63,261 nt of DNA, filler included, from Circinaria calcarea (GCA_051942165.1; 36 parts of 36 records of this genome joined end to end with filler, not necessarily neighbours in it), one strand, 5' to 3'. Positions 12,388 to 24,754 are shown, counted from the first letter of the whole stretch. A program made the numbers and translations. The notes: generated by a model from the letters alone, not told the origin.

Positions 12388-13129
12388 TTCCTCCTCCGGC
12401 GTATGTCACCGGTATAGTGCACCATTGGCCTAGTCTCTCGACCAATTTCTTGTCAATGCCTAGCTGGAGGCCTTCATTGTCTGCAGCATGTATCAAAAAT
12501 TCCGAGCAAAACGGCTCTAGCTGTCTGATGGAATCTAAAAGAAGGTAAATGAGCCCAGAGAGCTCCACTTGTGACTACGAAAACCGACCTTCATTAATCT
12601 CCATGTCTGTCAGAGTTTGCCACTTGTTCATAGCGACAATCCAGCTGTCACCCTGCTTTCGACAGCTCAGATCGATGACCAATTTGGACTTATCTCCGTC
12701 TAGGGCGGCTAACACGGCTTTCAAGCGATCTAGAGAAAATCTGGCTTCGGGAAAAAGATACGATGTGACTATGACCTAGTGTTGTGAATTAGCCTTCATA
12801 CACACTCTCTCGTCAAAACCCTAACACACCTTTTCCGCACCCAACTCGATCCATTGCCGCGCATTTGCTTCGTTAATACCCCCTCCCACCTGCAGCCCCT
12901 GAGGCCACTCTGAAAGTGCCTGTTTAGCAGCTTCTTCGTTACCAGGACCGAGCAAAATAACATGTGCACCTGTAAGAGAACGGGCTTTGTAAAGATTTGC
13001 AAAGTAGCTTGCAGGTAGTTGAGATACGTGATTGGTCTGTAAATCCGAGGTTTTTTCACTAAGCGTACCACCGACAATTTGCTTGACTTGCCCGCTATGT
13101 AGATCTATGCATGGGCGAAATCTAGTCAT
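12388..13129 (-). CDS. HIS6: ProFAR isomerase (histidine biosynthesis), 3' truncated, two introns
   Basis: [71 protein letters not shown]. Confidence 0.96.
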
Positions 13130-13253
13130 GTTGGAGGTTTGTGGTTGTTGGGGATTTTTGTCGATTGTGGGGTTGTATGTAAGAGGAGCACGCCAAGCTT
13201 GTTTGTGAATCTCCAAACCCGCAACTCGACTCAAATCTGAACCAATTAAGAAA

Positions 13254-14055
13254 ATGAAAGTCATCCTAGGGAAACGCAAGCGTAGGGACCAGCTAGATAA
13301 CCACGCTACAGAGCAGGTTGGCAATACAGATGAACAGTTACAGGCACTCTTCCGGCAGCACTTCGAAGCCCAGTTCCGACCGCTTGAAGGGCCCCCCTCG
13401 AAAGAGACCAAGGAACCCACGCCAGATCTCACCGGAGCAGAGGACTCGGAAGACTCGGAATGGACAGGTCTCCCAGACGGAGAAAGCGATATTGATATCG
13501 AGGTCATCGAGCACACCGCGTCCTCCGGCGCAAAGAGGGCAGCGGTTCCCAGGGATGAACTCAGGACCTTTATGGTAATCCCCACTACAATATATCATTT
13601 GCCACGAAGATAAGAATGGCTGAAAATCGATATCTCAGACCACAAAGCCCCCAATCTCCTCCTCGTCCACCCAAGTCCAGAAAGCAAAACCCCAGGGTCC
13701 CAACCCTTCCACAAGTCCTAACAATGACGCCGCAAACCTAAAAAACGATCTCGCCCTCCAACGCCTCCTCCGCGAATCCCATCTGCTCACACCCCTCTCA
13801 TCCACCTCCTCAACTACTTTCTCCCTAACCGACCCAACCGGCTCCTCTCGCCAGGAAGCCCTTTCCCTCCGCCTCCAATCCCTCGGTTCCAAGACCCCTC
13901 TCCACACCCAGCAGAAAATGCCCCTTACACATCGGAAAGGTATCACAGCGAAGAAGACGGAACGGGAAGAGAAGAGGCGGAAAGAGGCGAAGGAAAACGG
14001 GATCATTCTCGAAGCTGGGGTGGGGAAGGTCAGGAAGGGTGTAAAAGAGGGAGGG
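13254..14055 (+). CDS. FAF1: Faf1-like pre-rRNA processing protein, one intron (~13575-13638), 3' truncated
   Basis: [59 protein letters not shown]. Confidence 0.8.
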
Positions 14056-15922
14056 NNNNNNNNNNNNNNNNNNNNNNNNNNNNNNNNNNNNNNNNNNNNT
14101 TAATTAATTAANNNNNNNNNNNNNNNNNNNNNNNNNNNNNNNNNNNNNNNNNNNNTGCGCATGGTCATATATATTAATATTATTAGATATATATCTCTAA
14201 TCACCAACTTTTATTACAGAATAAAAACTCTGACACATCCTCCAGACGGTTTCAAACTCAACATTAATCCCATCCGTATATCCCGTGTCTTAGATATTTA
14301 TACCCTTTACCGCCCACTAATAGCTCCCTATAGTCTTAATTACCAGAATCCTCTACTAAGATATGATCGAATCTAGCCTCGCCCTTATTACCGCTTCTCT
14401 CCCAACCCTACGCTTTCTCTTTCGCGGATAATCCCTTAACGCTCTTCTTAGTAGCATCCGCAGCGCCATCACGCTTCGTTCAATACGCTCCAACAACTCC
14501 CATCATATCCGCCTTGACGGGCCGTACGCCAATAACAACCCCACTTCAGCCAAGGCTCTTATTGCCAGTAAAAAGGGTCCGGAAATGGAATCCCATGTCA
14601 TGCATGACCTAGAGGGTCAGCAGGATATCCTGTCTGGATCTGATAGGATCATGATAAGAAGCACTATTGAGCGATCGGAAAATACGATTTGACTGCTAGA
14701 CAAGTCAACGAGGAGTTATGATAGTAAAGTTATCTCAATATTGCGAATTTTAAAAAGGTGGCGGGAATAAACTTCTATTTCAGTTCAGGTAATCTGGAAA
14801 GGACTGGCTGGTGAATACGAACAGGTAGGTATATGTATCGGTTTATTGGTATAGTAAACATGCTATATGGGCTATAATATACTCGAGTACTTCTTATCTA
14901 CATAGATAGACAACAGATACACAATTCCCGTATCTCCCCGGTTCTCGGGTATGGCGTGGCCGCATATATTCTTGCAATCTGCAGTCTGCGAGCTGCAAGC
15001 TACAAGCTTCAAGTAGAGCGACATTCTTCAGCAAGTGCCGCTACTATTAAATATATAAGTACGGACAACTACTAACCTAAGCATATCTATGCCACAGTTA
15101 GAACTCTTACTCTATATACATTGCCGAGCATGCGTCCATAATATGGAGGAAAGATGGTGTTTCTAGTACTCATTGGTTTTGTGACGCTGGTTTTCCGCTT
15201 ATTCGTTTGGCTGGACGCTTTCTATGTGTATCTCCTCACCATTGTGCTCTTTCTAAGCCCATAAAAGTTTGTCTTTCATCGATTGCTCGGGTTGACGGAA
15301 CTTGGTGACAACTAGAATACAATTCAAATCAATTACATGCCTGAGTTTGACAGCCATGCCATGGGGGTCTTTTTGTGCACTGCCCAGAAAACGCGTTCGA
15401 CACCTGGAGATGTCGAGGTTTGCGCGTAGTCACGCATTGCTTGGAGCTACGGAAATAGCCCATGAACTTCTGCAGCCGGGACTTCAACGACTAGGGGAAA
15501 GACGTGTCAGTACAAACTCATTTTGGTACCACGACAAACAATACAACGAAGCCCAGCAACGTGCAAACGGTATTTACGTTAGCTGCGGCAGATTTGGCCG
15601 TTGAGCCGATCGGGCTTGACATCGGTATCCTGTTCATTGGGAGGGGACAGTTTCACTGTTTAGCTGATGGGAGCATTCTGGCAGCATTCTCGCGCCAGCC
15701 AATCTCCATCTTTGCCTCGCTCGAAATATGATCTCATTGGCTCCAGTGTTCTCAATACCCCACCCCACTTACCCCGGGGTGGGGTGGGGTAGGTGTTACC
15801 CTACCCTACCCCGGGCTTAAAANNNNNNNNNNNNNNNNNNNNNNNNNNNNNNNNNNNNNNNNNNNNTTAATTAATTAANNNNNNNNNNNNNNNNNNNNNN
15901 NNNNNNNNNNNNNNNNNNNNNN

Positions 15923-16174
15923 CGCTCAGGCTGGTGCAACGATACCGGTTTCCCGATCTCGAAGCCAGTGACGCCAGGCTTCGACCCCATTGTCGGTCAG
16001 ACCACCGATCCCACATCGCGCACGCTCTCGGGCACGGATCCCAACATGCAAAGCACCGCACTAACCCTCAGCATGCAGTGGGTTGTGCCCAAAGGAGGCG
16101 AATACCTGTTCTCGCCCTCCATCAGCGCCCTCAGGGATACCTTTGCCGTGACAGCGCCGAGAAACGAATTGTAA
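15923..16174 (+). CDS. Dye-decolorizing (DyP-type) heme peroxidase, C-terminus
   Basis: W-N-xxFP...PGFDPIVGQ...WVVPKGGEYLFSPSISAL, the characteristic C-terminus of fungal DyPs. Confidence 0.8.
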   Translation, partial: RSGWCNDTGFPISKPVTPGFDPIVGQTTDPTSRTLSGTDPNMQSTALTLSMQWVVPKGGEYLFSPSISALRDTFAVTAPRNEL

Positions 16175-16389
16175 AGGCTCGCCACCGAAGGATTGACTTT
16201 GCAACCCAATTGTAGGCACACGGGCGTTCGGGGAGAGAATGGGAGGGACAAAAGTAAGAGGCGGCAGACGTAGTACAAATACAAATAACAAATACAATGT
16301 TTGGATTTACCAAAGAACCACAACCTTCATCTTATTATACCGCGTAATCCTCTCTGTAATTATTTGGCTTCTTTGCGAGAATAGTCGAC

Positions 16390-16656
16390 TGTTATGGCGC
16401 CAGCACCATAGCATGCACTAAGGACTAACGGGGTAAGGTCCCGGGACCGTAGGGACCGAGCTCCGGGGTTGCTCACGATGATGCCTTGTGTAATTATAGG
16501 GAGCACGGGAAGCTTACGGGTTATTTATAATAAATAGAAAGGAAACAACAGGAGCATAGGGAGCAACCATAATATATAGATAGGCTATTCGGCGTTCATT
16601 AGAATAGCATGTTTATAGAACCATAACGAGTTTAATATATTCCTTTATGTATGCCC
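16390..16656 (+). mobile_element. Diverged, 3'-truncated LTR related to 57228-57543
   Basis: Starts TGTTATGGCG like 57228. Shares CATGCACTA, ATATATAG..AGGCTATTC..TTAGAATAGCATG.TTATAGA and AA.ATATTCCT blocks. Confidence 0.7.
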
Positions 16657-17589
16657 TGAAACGAAGTGAAACGAAGTGGAAGGGTTTTAACTTCGGCGCA
16701 AGATTTTCCGAACCGAACCAAAATTTTGCGGTGTTCTCACTCTGGCCGCAAAAATTACCTTGTCAGGTTTAGCTTATCGCTCGATCGGGCCTAGTTTTTA
16801 GCTCGATTGAGTCTAATTTTTCACTCGATTGAGCCTAGTTTTTCACTCGATTGAGCCTAGTTTTTCGCTCGAATAGGAAAAAAATTTACTATATTCAGCG
16901 TAGCGTACTAGCTTTTATGCTTCCTATTATATTATGCTATGCTCCATGTTATACTCCATGCTCTTTCCATGCTATGCTACCTACTATGCTCCATGCTATG
17001 CTCCATGCTCTTTCCATGCTATACTCCATGCTCTTTCCATGCTATGCTGCGTGCTATGCTACGTGCTCTTTCCATGCTATGCTGTGAGTTATACTATACT
17101 GCGAGCTATGCTATACTGCAAGTTATGCTCTGCTACGTGCTATGCTTTATGCTATGCTGCGTGCTTTCGTTATGCTATACCGCATGTTTTCGCTATGCTA
17201 TGCTCCATGCTATGTTCCATACTATATTCCATAGCATGCTCCATGCTATGCTCCATGCTATGCTCCATGCTATGCTCCATGCTATGCTCCATGCTATACA
17301 ACGTGCTATTACGATGCAGCGTGCTATTTTCATACTATGCCGCGTGCTATTGCTATGCTATACCGTGTACTATTGCTATGCTATGCTGCGTGCTATTGCT
17401 ATGCTATACCACATACTATTACTATGCTATGCCGTGTGCTATTGCTATATTATGGCGCATGCTCTTTCCATGCTATACCGCGTATTTTTTACATATTATG
17501 CTATACGGCGTGCTATTATTATGCTATGCAGCGTGATATGCTAAGTGCTATACTAAGTGCTATATTACATACTATACTGGGTGCTATAC
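16657..17589 (+). mobile_element. Dispersed non-coding element: conserved ~100-bp end, ~20-bp subterminal tandem repeats, degenerate (ATGCT)n satellite
   Basis: 16657-16760 matches the reverse complement of ~20680-20783. TTTTTCRCTCGATTGAGCCTAG-like repeats lie at ~16790-16872 and the ATGCT-based array at ~16930-17589. Confidence 0.75.
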
Positions 17590-18005
17590 NNNNNNNNNNN
17601 NNNNNNNNNNNNNNNNNNNNNNNNNNNNNNNNNTTAATTAATTAANNNNNNNNNNNNNNNNNNNNNNNNNNNNNNNNNNNNNNNNNNNNGGTTTATTTTT
17701 CTAGAAATAGAGATTTTGGAACCTTTGTGACGTAGAGAAGGAGACGGCAGTCTGTCTGTCTATCTACAATGTTCTCAACCATCGCTTGCTGAGTTCATAA
17801 AACCCGGGGGTGAGATTTTGCACTGTGTGGAAAAGCCGGAGGGTGTCCGCCTCGTTTTCATTGATACTATATACCATTGCTAATCATCTAAACGTGCATT
17901 CATAATACCATTTCGATACCCCTAGACCCCTAGACCCCAAGTCGACTTCCCGATAAACAAAAACGAGTACCACCGCCAATGGGGAACATCCAATATCCCT
18001 TTTCG

Positions 18006-19356
18006 TCAGTTACGATACTCAGGTGGCCCCTCCTCAACACGCTCCATCGATCTCAGCCCCTCACTCTGCCCCTTTGATCTCAGACGGACCTCCCCCTCAG
18101 AGATGTGGGGATTCTGTACACCGGTTACGACGGCTTTAACACGCTCACCGGCGCCGGATCCAAGGACGGCTTCGATTTCTTCGAGGGTGCGTCCTTTGGT
18201 CTCCGGGTAGAAGAAGAAAATGATGATGAAGAAGCAGGTTTCAATGCCACCGAAAAGAAGCCAAGTCTGTGAATGAACAGCGACGTCAGCAAAGGATAGA
18301 CAGTGACAGGATTGATTGGGGTTACTTACGTAGCCACGACAACTGTTAAAAGTTGGTGTAGCACTGATAAGGGCAATAAATCCACCTAGAGATTGGTTAG
18401 CTCAAGTCATGCACGCACATATATTCAATACCCACCGATCATGCTTATAGCATTACCAACTGCAAATCCTCTTGCCCGCAATGGTCCGGCAAACATCTCA
18501 CAAACATAAAGGTACACCACAGGACTGAAAAAGGTGACCCAAAGAGTCTGACTGATGAAGTAGCAGGCCACAAAGACAGCGCCGGCAGCCTTGTTGTTGC
18601 TATTCGTATCAAAGTAATGGACCGCAAGACCGCACTGAATGAACAGGAAAACGGAAGCCTGGCCTATGCCAACGAGAAAAGCGACCCGTCGACCCAAACG
18701 ATCAAGTAGGTAGGATCCAAGGATAGCTGCAAATATTTGAGCAACACTTAGGGCCAGATTGATACCAAACTGGGTATGCACATCCGTGACCCCTGCGTAT
18801 GTGAACATCCGACCAAAGTAGTAAGTCCAGGCGCTCTGTCCAGCCCATGGCCAAATCAGTTGGCTGGAGAGCGCAACGAAGGTGCGGAACCTTGCGACAC
18901 GACTATTATAAAAGGCACTCCAACCCTCATTCCGAGCTTCTTGGTCGTATCTAAACGCGGCTATCATGCCTTCATACTCTGCTTCAGACCGCTTTGTAAA
19001 TTCTCCGTCATCGGTACCATGAAAGCGAAGCATAGCAGCGCGAGCTCGATCTTCTTGCCCCTTTTGGTAGTAGTATCGGGGCGTCTCTGGAATAAAGGGT
19101 AGGATAAAGAAAAGAATCACCGAGGGGATATATGAAATTCCGAGGGCCATGCGCCACCCCCAGTTCTCATTAGAGTACGTCACTCCGTAGCTCACGGCTG
19201 AAGCAATAGTGCTGAAGATGCATCCGGAGATAAGTGAGGTACCTGAGAGAAAGCCACGTTCCTTTTGGTTCGCCACCTCGGCGGTATATATCTGAAAGCC
19301 GAGGATCAACAAGCCGATTGCAACCCCCTGAACGACACGTGCAAAGATAAGCACAT
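18006..19356 (-). CDS. MFS sugar porter family transporter, 5' truncated, two 3' introns
   Basis: ARVVQG, YTAEVA..RG, WGWR, PETPR, DRLGRR, CEMF..LRARG, PETKGRTLEEI. Confidence 0.92.
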
Positions 19357-19457
19357 NNNNNNNNNNNNNNNNNNNNNNNNNNNNNNNNNNNNNNNNNNNN
19401 TTAATTAATTAANNNNNNNNNNNNNNNNNNNNNNNNNNNNNNNNNNNNNNNNNNNNC

Positions 19458-19886
19458 GAGACGGTCATGGAACTTTTCAAGAAAATGGGCCCGCGCGTCG
19501 TGCTTGTCGAATTTAAAGGCCGTCTTGCGGGTCTGGTTACTGTCAAAGATTGCCTGAAATATCAATTCAAAGTCGAAGCTCAGGAAAGAGGTGGGGATGG
19601 TGAAGCCAGTGGGCATGTGGAGAGGTGGGAAGAGAGGTTGTGGGGTGTTATGCAGGGAGTCGGTGAGGCGGTCAGTGGGTTTGTGGGCCGGTTTACCAAA
19701 GGTAGAGTCAGACTTGGTGTTGGAGAAAGGAGAGGGGAGAGGTTACTCGGGAGTGAAGGGGTGGACCCGAGGGATGAGAGGGAACCGATCCGACCGATTG
19801 GAGATGAGGTGGCGAGAGATGGACCTGCGGTGAACAGGCTTGGAGGAGAGGAAGAAGAGGGGATGGAGTTGTTGGAGAGGCGCTAG
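19458..19886 (+). CDS. ClC chloride channel (Gef1-like), C-terminal CBS region
   Basis: ETVMELFKKMGPRVVLVEFKGRLAGLVTVKDCLKYQFK. Confidence 0.85.
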   Translation, partial: ETVMELFKKMGPRVVLVEFKGRLAGLVTVKDCLKYQFKVEAQERGGDGEASGHVERWEERLWGVMQGVGEAVSGFVGRFTKGRVRLGVGERRGERLLGSEGVDPRDEREPIRPIGDEVARDGPAVNRLGGEEEEGMELLERR

Positions 19887-20517
19887 TAAGGGCGAATGAC
19901 GTTTCTCGTAGGTCTTTGGTGCAGTTTACTCGCGAGGAACTGGATAATTCTGGGCTTTTGTATAGGTAGCTTGAGAATACCAATTGTAACTGTATCGGGA
20001 AGCATCCTGAAGATGTCATACGATCTGTTCGGTTCTGTAATTCTTACTCTCCCAAGAAGATACTAACCTGCAGTTATGGTGCTAGCTATTAGAATCTGAT
20101 TGATAACCGCCTGTTATCCTCCAACTTTTTCTTCCCTCTGCACAGAAAGTCTGGATGTTCTACGTCAATTCTTGTCCCATGAGTGAACGGGAGTGGGATG
20201 GGTACGGGTACGAGTACGGGTAGGGGTACAGTACGTCTTCAAGCTGGGGGGATAGGAGTAATTGGGAAATTGCTGATGGGAATTAGGGTGTCGGAACGGA
20301 TAGGTATGACATGACAAAACAGGGTAAGAGTGTATGTATGATTTTCTACAATTTGCTGTTGGAAGTCATAGGGCTTACCGAAGCATGTGTTGCATAGGAC
20401 GTCCATGCTCAACACTTCCTACGCACATCATAAAAGCACTTTTCTCTACGTAGATAGCTTAAATAGTTACACACTCAGATAGCATGAATGCCACCACACA
20501 TTACTGTATGCTCAACA

Positions 20518-20783
20518 GGAGCATAGCATGGAGCATGGCATAAAACATAGCACGCAGCATAGCATAGCTCGCAGTATAGCATAAAACTGCAGTATAGCAT
20601 AAAGTTATACTACGCTAAACCTAATAAGCCTAAATAGGTTAGAAAAACTAAGCCCATTCGAGCGAAAAACTAAGCCCTTTCAGGCCAATTTTGAGGCCAG
20701 AGTGAGAACACCGCAAAATTTTAGTTCGGTTCGGAAAATCCCCGCCGAAGTTAAACCCTTCCACTTCGTTTCACTCCGATTCA
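20518..20783 (-). mobile_element. Second, shorter copy of the element at 16657-17589
   Basis: The reverse complement carries the same terminus (GTGAAACGAAGTGGAAGGGTTT..CCGAACCGAA..TTTTGCGGTGTTCTCACTCTGGCC), GGGCTTAGTTTTTC repeats and a short ATGCT array. Confidence 0.75.
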
Positions 20784-20979
20784 CCGTGACAAGCAATGGC
20801 GTCACAGCCCCATCATTGCCACGGGCAAGTGAGTTCACATATCCAATCAATCTCTCTCTCTCTCCCTTCACCTATCTCTACCTACTCTCCACCCTCACGA
20901 CTTCCCCATCAGCGTTGCATAGAACATCTTACAGGCTTCTAACCTCCACCTCCATCCCAAACCAGCACCAAATCACAGC

Positions 20980-21087
20980 ATGTACCGCAAAACCGAAGAT
21001 CCCCAAACCGTCGACTCCCCCCGCGCAGATACCGAATGGAAGGCCGACCCCGCCATTGGGGAACTCTCCCACGGCCTCGACGGTCCT
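20980..21087 (+). CDS. Probable first exon of an unidentified gene
   Basis: ACAGC-ATG after a pyrimidine-rich leader, 36 codons, then a GTAAGC donor. Confidence 0.4.
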
Positions 21088-22988
21088 GTAAGCCTAAGCC
21101 TGCCCTCCCTTCATTCCTCCTCNNNNNNNNNNNNNNNNNNNNNNNNNNNNNNNNNNNNNNNNNNNNTTAATTAATTAANNNNNNNNNNNNNNNNNNNNNN
21201 NNNNNNNNNNNNNNNNNNNNNNTTGCTGCGAGCGGCCCTTGCCTTGATGCGCTGCAATAGAAGAAAGTCCCGCGGTCGAAGAACAACGGTTTCATGCTTG
21301 GAAGATTCCGCCATCAAGCCGGCCAGACCAGTATCGGGGCATAAATCGTAAGAATAGTAAGATCTTTAGTCTCACGCGTTGAAGCTAAACACCGACCGAC
21401 CGGAATTAGTCACGAAAGCAAGGTCGAGATGGACAGTTGCCACTTTACCGTCGTCACTGCTCGACAAAGGGCTGAAGGGCACAGTTTCGGGTTTGACCAA
21501 TACCAATCCGACTGCGATCCAGTGTCAGTAATCCGACTTTCTCCTACGGCTCATACGTATCTCGTGCATGGCCACGGCGAATCAACGTCGATGGAGCACG
21601 GTGGTGGCAGTTCTGCTGTCTGTGGGTGCTGCCGACTAAGCTCGTTGCAGCTCTCTAAGCTAATCTAAGCTTCCCGTGCCGCTTACCACTCCGTATTCTC
21701 CACCTCCCATCGCCATCCATCATCGCACCAAACCACCCAAGATGAAGAAGAAGAAGGAGAAGAAGAAGAAGACAGTACCAGGGGGCTCTGCCAGCGATTG
21801 GAATGGGCTTTGATTCGACACTGCCATTCCAATGATTTGTCCCTTCGTACTTCCGAAGTGTCATCGTAGGTCCAGCCAACGAGCCAGTCGATTTGCAATT
21901 CTCAGCTCTCGACTTCGCCCCGGACGCCAATGCAGGCTCCGACCCTTTTACGTTGCCGGGTTGTCTGTCACACTCTCACGTCCCCCCCTGCCGGATACGC
22001 CCATCAGCGTGCATAAGCCCACACACTGCCTACGCAAGACCTAACCGATTAGTGCCCATGGCCCCGGTCGTCCATGTGCGCTTTCGGGCTGTTTCATTTC
22101 CTCATGTCAAGCGATGCAACAGGGCAGAAACACAGCGTACGGAGTAGCCCCGCTCTACGCAGCAAAACGGGGCGGGAGAGCTCAGATCTGCGCTTCGACT
22201 TCCCTCCACGGGATCAGAGGACATGGGGGAGACAGAATGGACTGTCGCATTGAATAGAGTATCGGCCAGTCGTAGTGCGGTACAGGCGCAATCAGGCCGT
22301 ATGAGGGAGGACAAATCGCATCGAAACCCTACAATGCACTTCTTCTCTTCCATCTCAACCCTCACCACATTCTTCCACGTTCCGAACCTCGTGTTGGTGG
22401 TGTGTTGGAGGCTCACCGGCATGCTCGAACCCTAAAACAATTGGCGAGTGTCATCCTTCTCGACCGTGACCGTCTTCCTACCCAGGTCCTCATATGAATC
22501 AACTTGGAGCCGCATCGTCAGCGAGCAGCCAGAGAATTGTCTTGACTTGACGGGGGAGATTGTGAGTTAAATGCGTGATGTCGCCGTAAGCAATGCTTGC
22601 GCCCCAAGCTGACGCTGCGCCACCAACCACAGGTACACCCTAATTTCCCGGGATTCCCACCGGCTAAGCCAGCCTCCACCACGGTGGCAGCAGTCATGTT
22701 CAACCCCAGCGCGCCTCTCCCTCCTCTCGCAACTGAGTCCGGAGTCAAGCGCAGCAACAGCAGACTGAGAAAAGATTTGCTGAGGTTGGTCAGCCCTCAA
22801 GCGAAATCCAACAAGTCGGCTTGTTTGCCGTTTACGACTTCGGACTCGTTTGCCTCGACCACCAAGATCGCTCGATCCTTTTTCATGANNNNNNNNNNNN
22901 NNNNNNNNNNNNNNNNNNNNNNNNNNNNNNNNTTAATTAATTAANNNNNNNNNNNNNNNNNNNNNNNNNNNNNNNNNNNNNNNNNNNN

Positions 22989-24464
22989 CACCCCCACTCC
23001 ACTCTGCTTCCACCCCCCGACGCTCATCTCCGCCGGACTCTCCCCCCACGTGTTCACCCAAGTGATACCCGCTTCCAGCCTCGCAATGACCTTGTGCGCC
23101 AAGTTCAGATCCTTGGTAAAGATTCCCGCAGCCAGGCCGAGGGGGGTGTTGTTTGCCCTCCGAATGACTTCGTCGACGGTTTCGTAAGTGAGGATGCACA
23201 TGACAGGTCCGAAGATCTCTTGCTGGACGATTTGCATGGAGTCGGTGCAGTCTATGAAGACGGTTGGTTTGATCCAATAGCCCTTTGAAAGGTCCTGGGG
23301 TAGATTAGGCTTGTCGAGTCCACCGCAGAGCAGTTTGGCCTTGTCGATATCGATGCCATGCTTTATATAACCAATCACTTTTTCATAATGAAGTTGCGAG
23401 GATAGGGGGCCGAAGTTCGTTTTCAAGTCTGTCAGATCTCCTGTCCTGATATACAGTATCTTTTCCAGGAGTCTTCTCTCGAAGGCGGTTTTCATGTCCT
23501 TGGGTACAAATACCTATCCAATAGCAAGTAAAGTGGTCAGCTCTAGACCCTTAGTGAAAGCCTGGTATCAAGTGCCACTACCTACCCTGGTGCCATTTGT
23601 ACAGACCTGACCTGTACTGAAGAAATTTGCCATCATCACCCCATCTACTGCATTTTCTAGATCTGCATCTGCTAGTACAATCAGTGGGCTCTTTCCTCCA
23701 AGCTCCCCAGTGAAGTACTTCATCCCTCCGGCTGCGGTGGCAGCTACTTTCTTGCCCGTTGAAACCTGTCCAGTGAAGGAGACTTTGGCGATGTCTGAAT
23801 GAGATGCAAGGTAAGATCCAACCTCAGGACCCCCGTTGACTATGTTAAAGACCCCCGGCGGTAATCCTGCTTCGGTATAGATCTCCGCCAAAACTTGACC
23901 ATGTAAAGGCGTGACCTCGCTGGGCTTGTATACCATCGTATTACCTGCTGCAAGGCATGGAGCAGATTTCCAAAGGCTTATTTGTAGCGGGTAATTCCAA
24001 GCTCCAATGCCGGCACAAACACCAAGGGCATCATTCGTACTATACACCCAAGCATCTTCCCTCAAGCGTATAGTTTCTCCGTTCAACCCGCCACTTGCCA
24101 CGTAGTTTGCGTAGTATTCCAAGACATCTGCCCCCGTAATCACATCTACGGTCGAGGTTTCGGAGAACGGTTTCCCACTATCCTGTGTTTCCACTGTTGC
24201 AATCTCGTCGTTCCGTTCTCGAAGCAATTTTACAGCCCGGAGTAAAATCCTAGAGCGGACAATTGCAGGAGTTCGAGACCAAGACGGAAAGGCGACTCTG
24301 GCAGACTCCACAGCGGAGTCAATGTCTGCGGGGGACGCGGTTTGGACGTGGGCGAGAGGGAGAGAGGTAGACGGGTCAATGGTAAGGAAGGTATGGGAAG
24401 AGGTGGCAGGTTGAGGCTTGCCGGAGTAGTATAGCTGACGGGTGGGAAAGGGGAGATCTGCCAT
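22989..24464 (-). CDS. Betaine aldehyde dehydrogenase (BetB/ALDH9-like), intron 23514-23585, 3' truncated
   Basis: [75 protein letters not shown]. Confidence 0.9.
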
Positions 24465-24754
24465 TGTTATCTCTAGGCAGAAGGGATGTGTGCTTCATTT
24501 AAAGCCATCACAGCTTTAGCATTCCAGATCTGACAATTCGGTAAGAAAATGTATACCATCAACTGCATTAGTAGAGAAGAGGTTTGCTCAAGGTCCTTTC
24601 ACACTGTGATGACCATTGAGGCTCTTCTACGTGGCTTTAAACCCGACTAAGTGANNNNNNNNNNNNNNNNNNNNNNNNNNNNNNNNNNNNNNNNNNNNTT
24701 AATTAATTAANNNNNNNNNNNNNNNNNNNNNNNNNNNNNNNNNNNNNNNNNNNN

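Noticed and set aside
12821..13585. 254-aa N-terminally extended His6
   Set aside because: The extension is the antisense shadow of the FAF1-like gene. The conserved start is MTRFRPCID at 13129.
14156..14600. Possible RIP-degraded gene or transposon relic
   Set aside because: TpA-rich and full of stops, but no motif could be reconstructed to name it.
16934..17544. Cys/Met/Tyr-rich 200-aa ORFs (MLCSML.., MLHAML..)
   Set aside because: They are translations of the ATGCT satellite and are open in several frames by chance.
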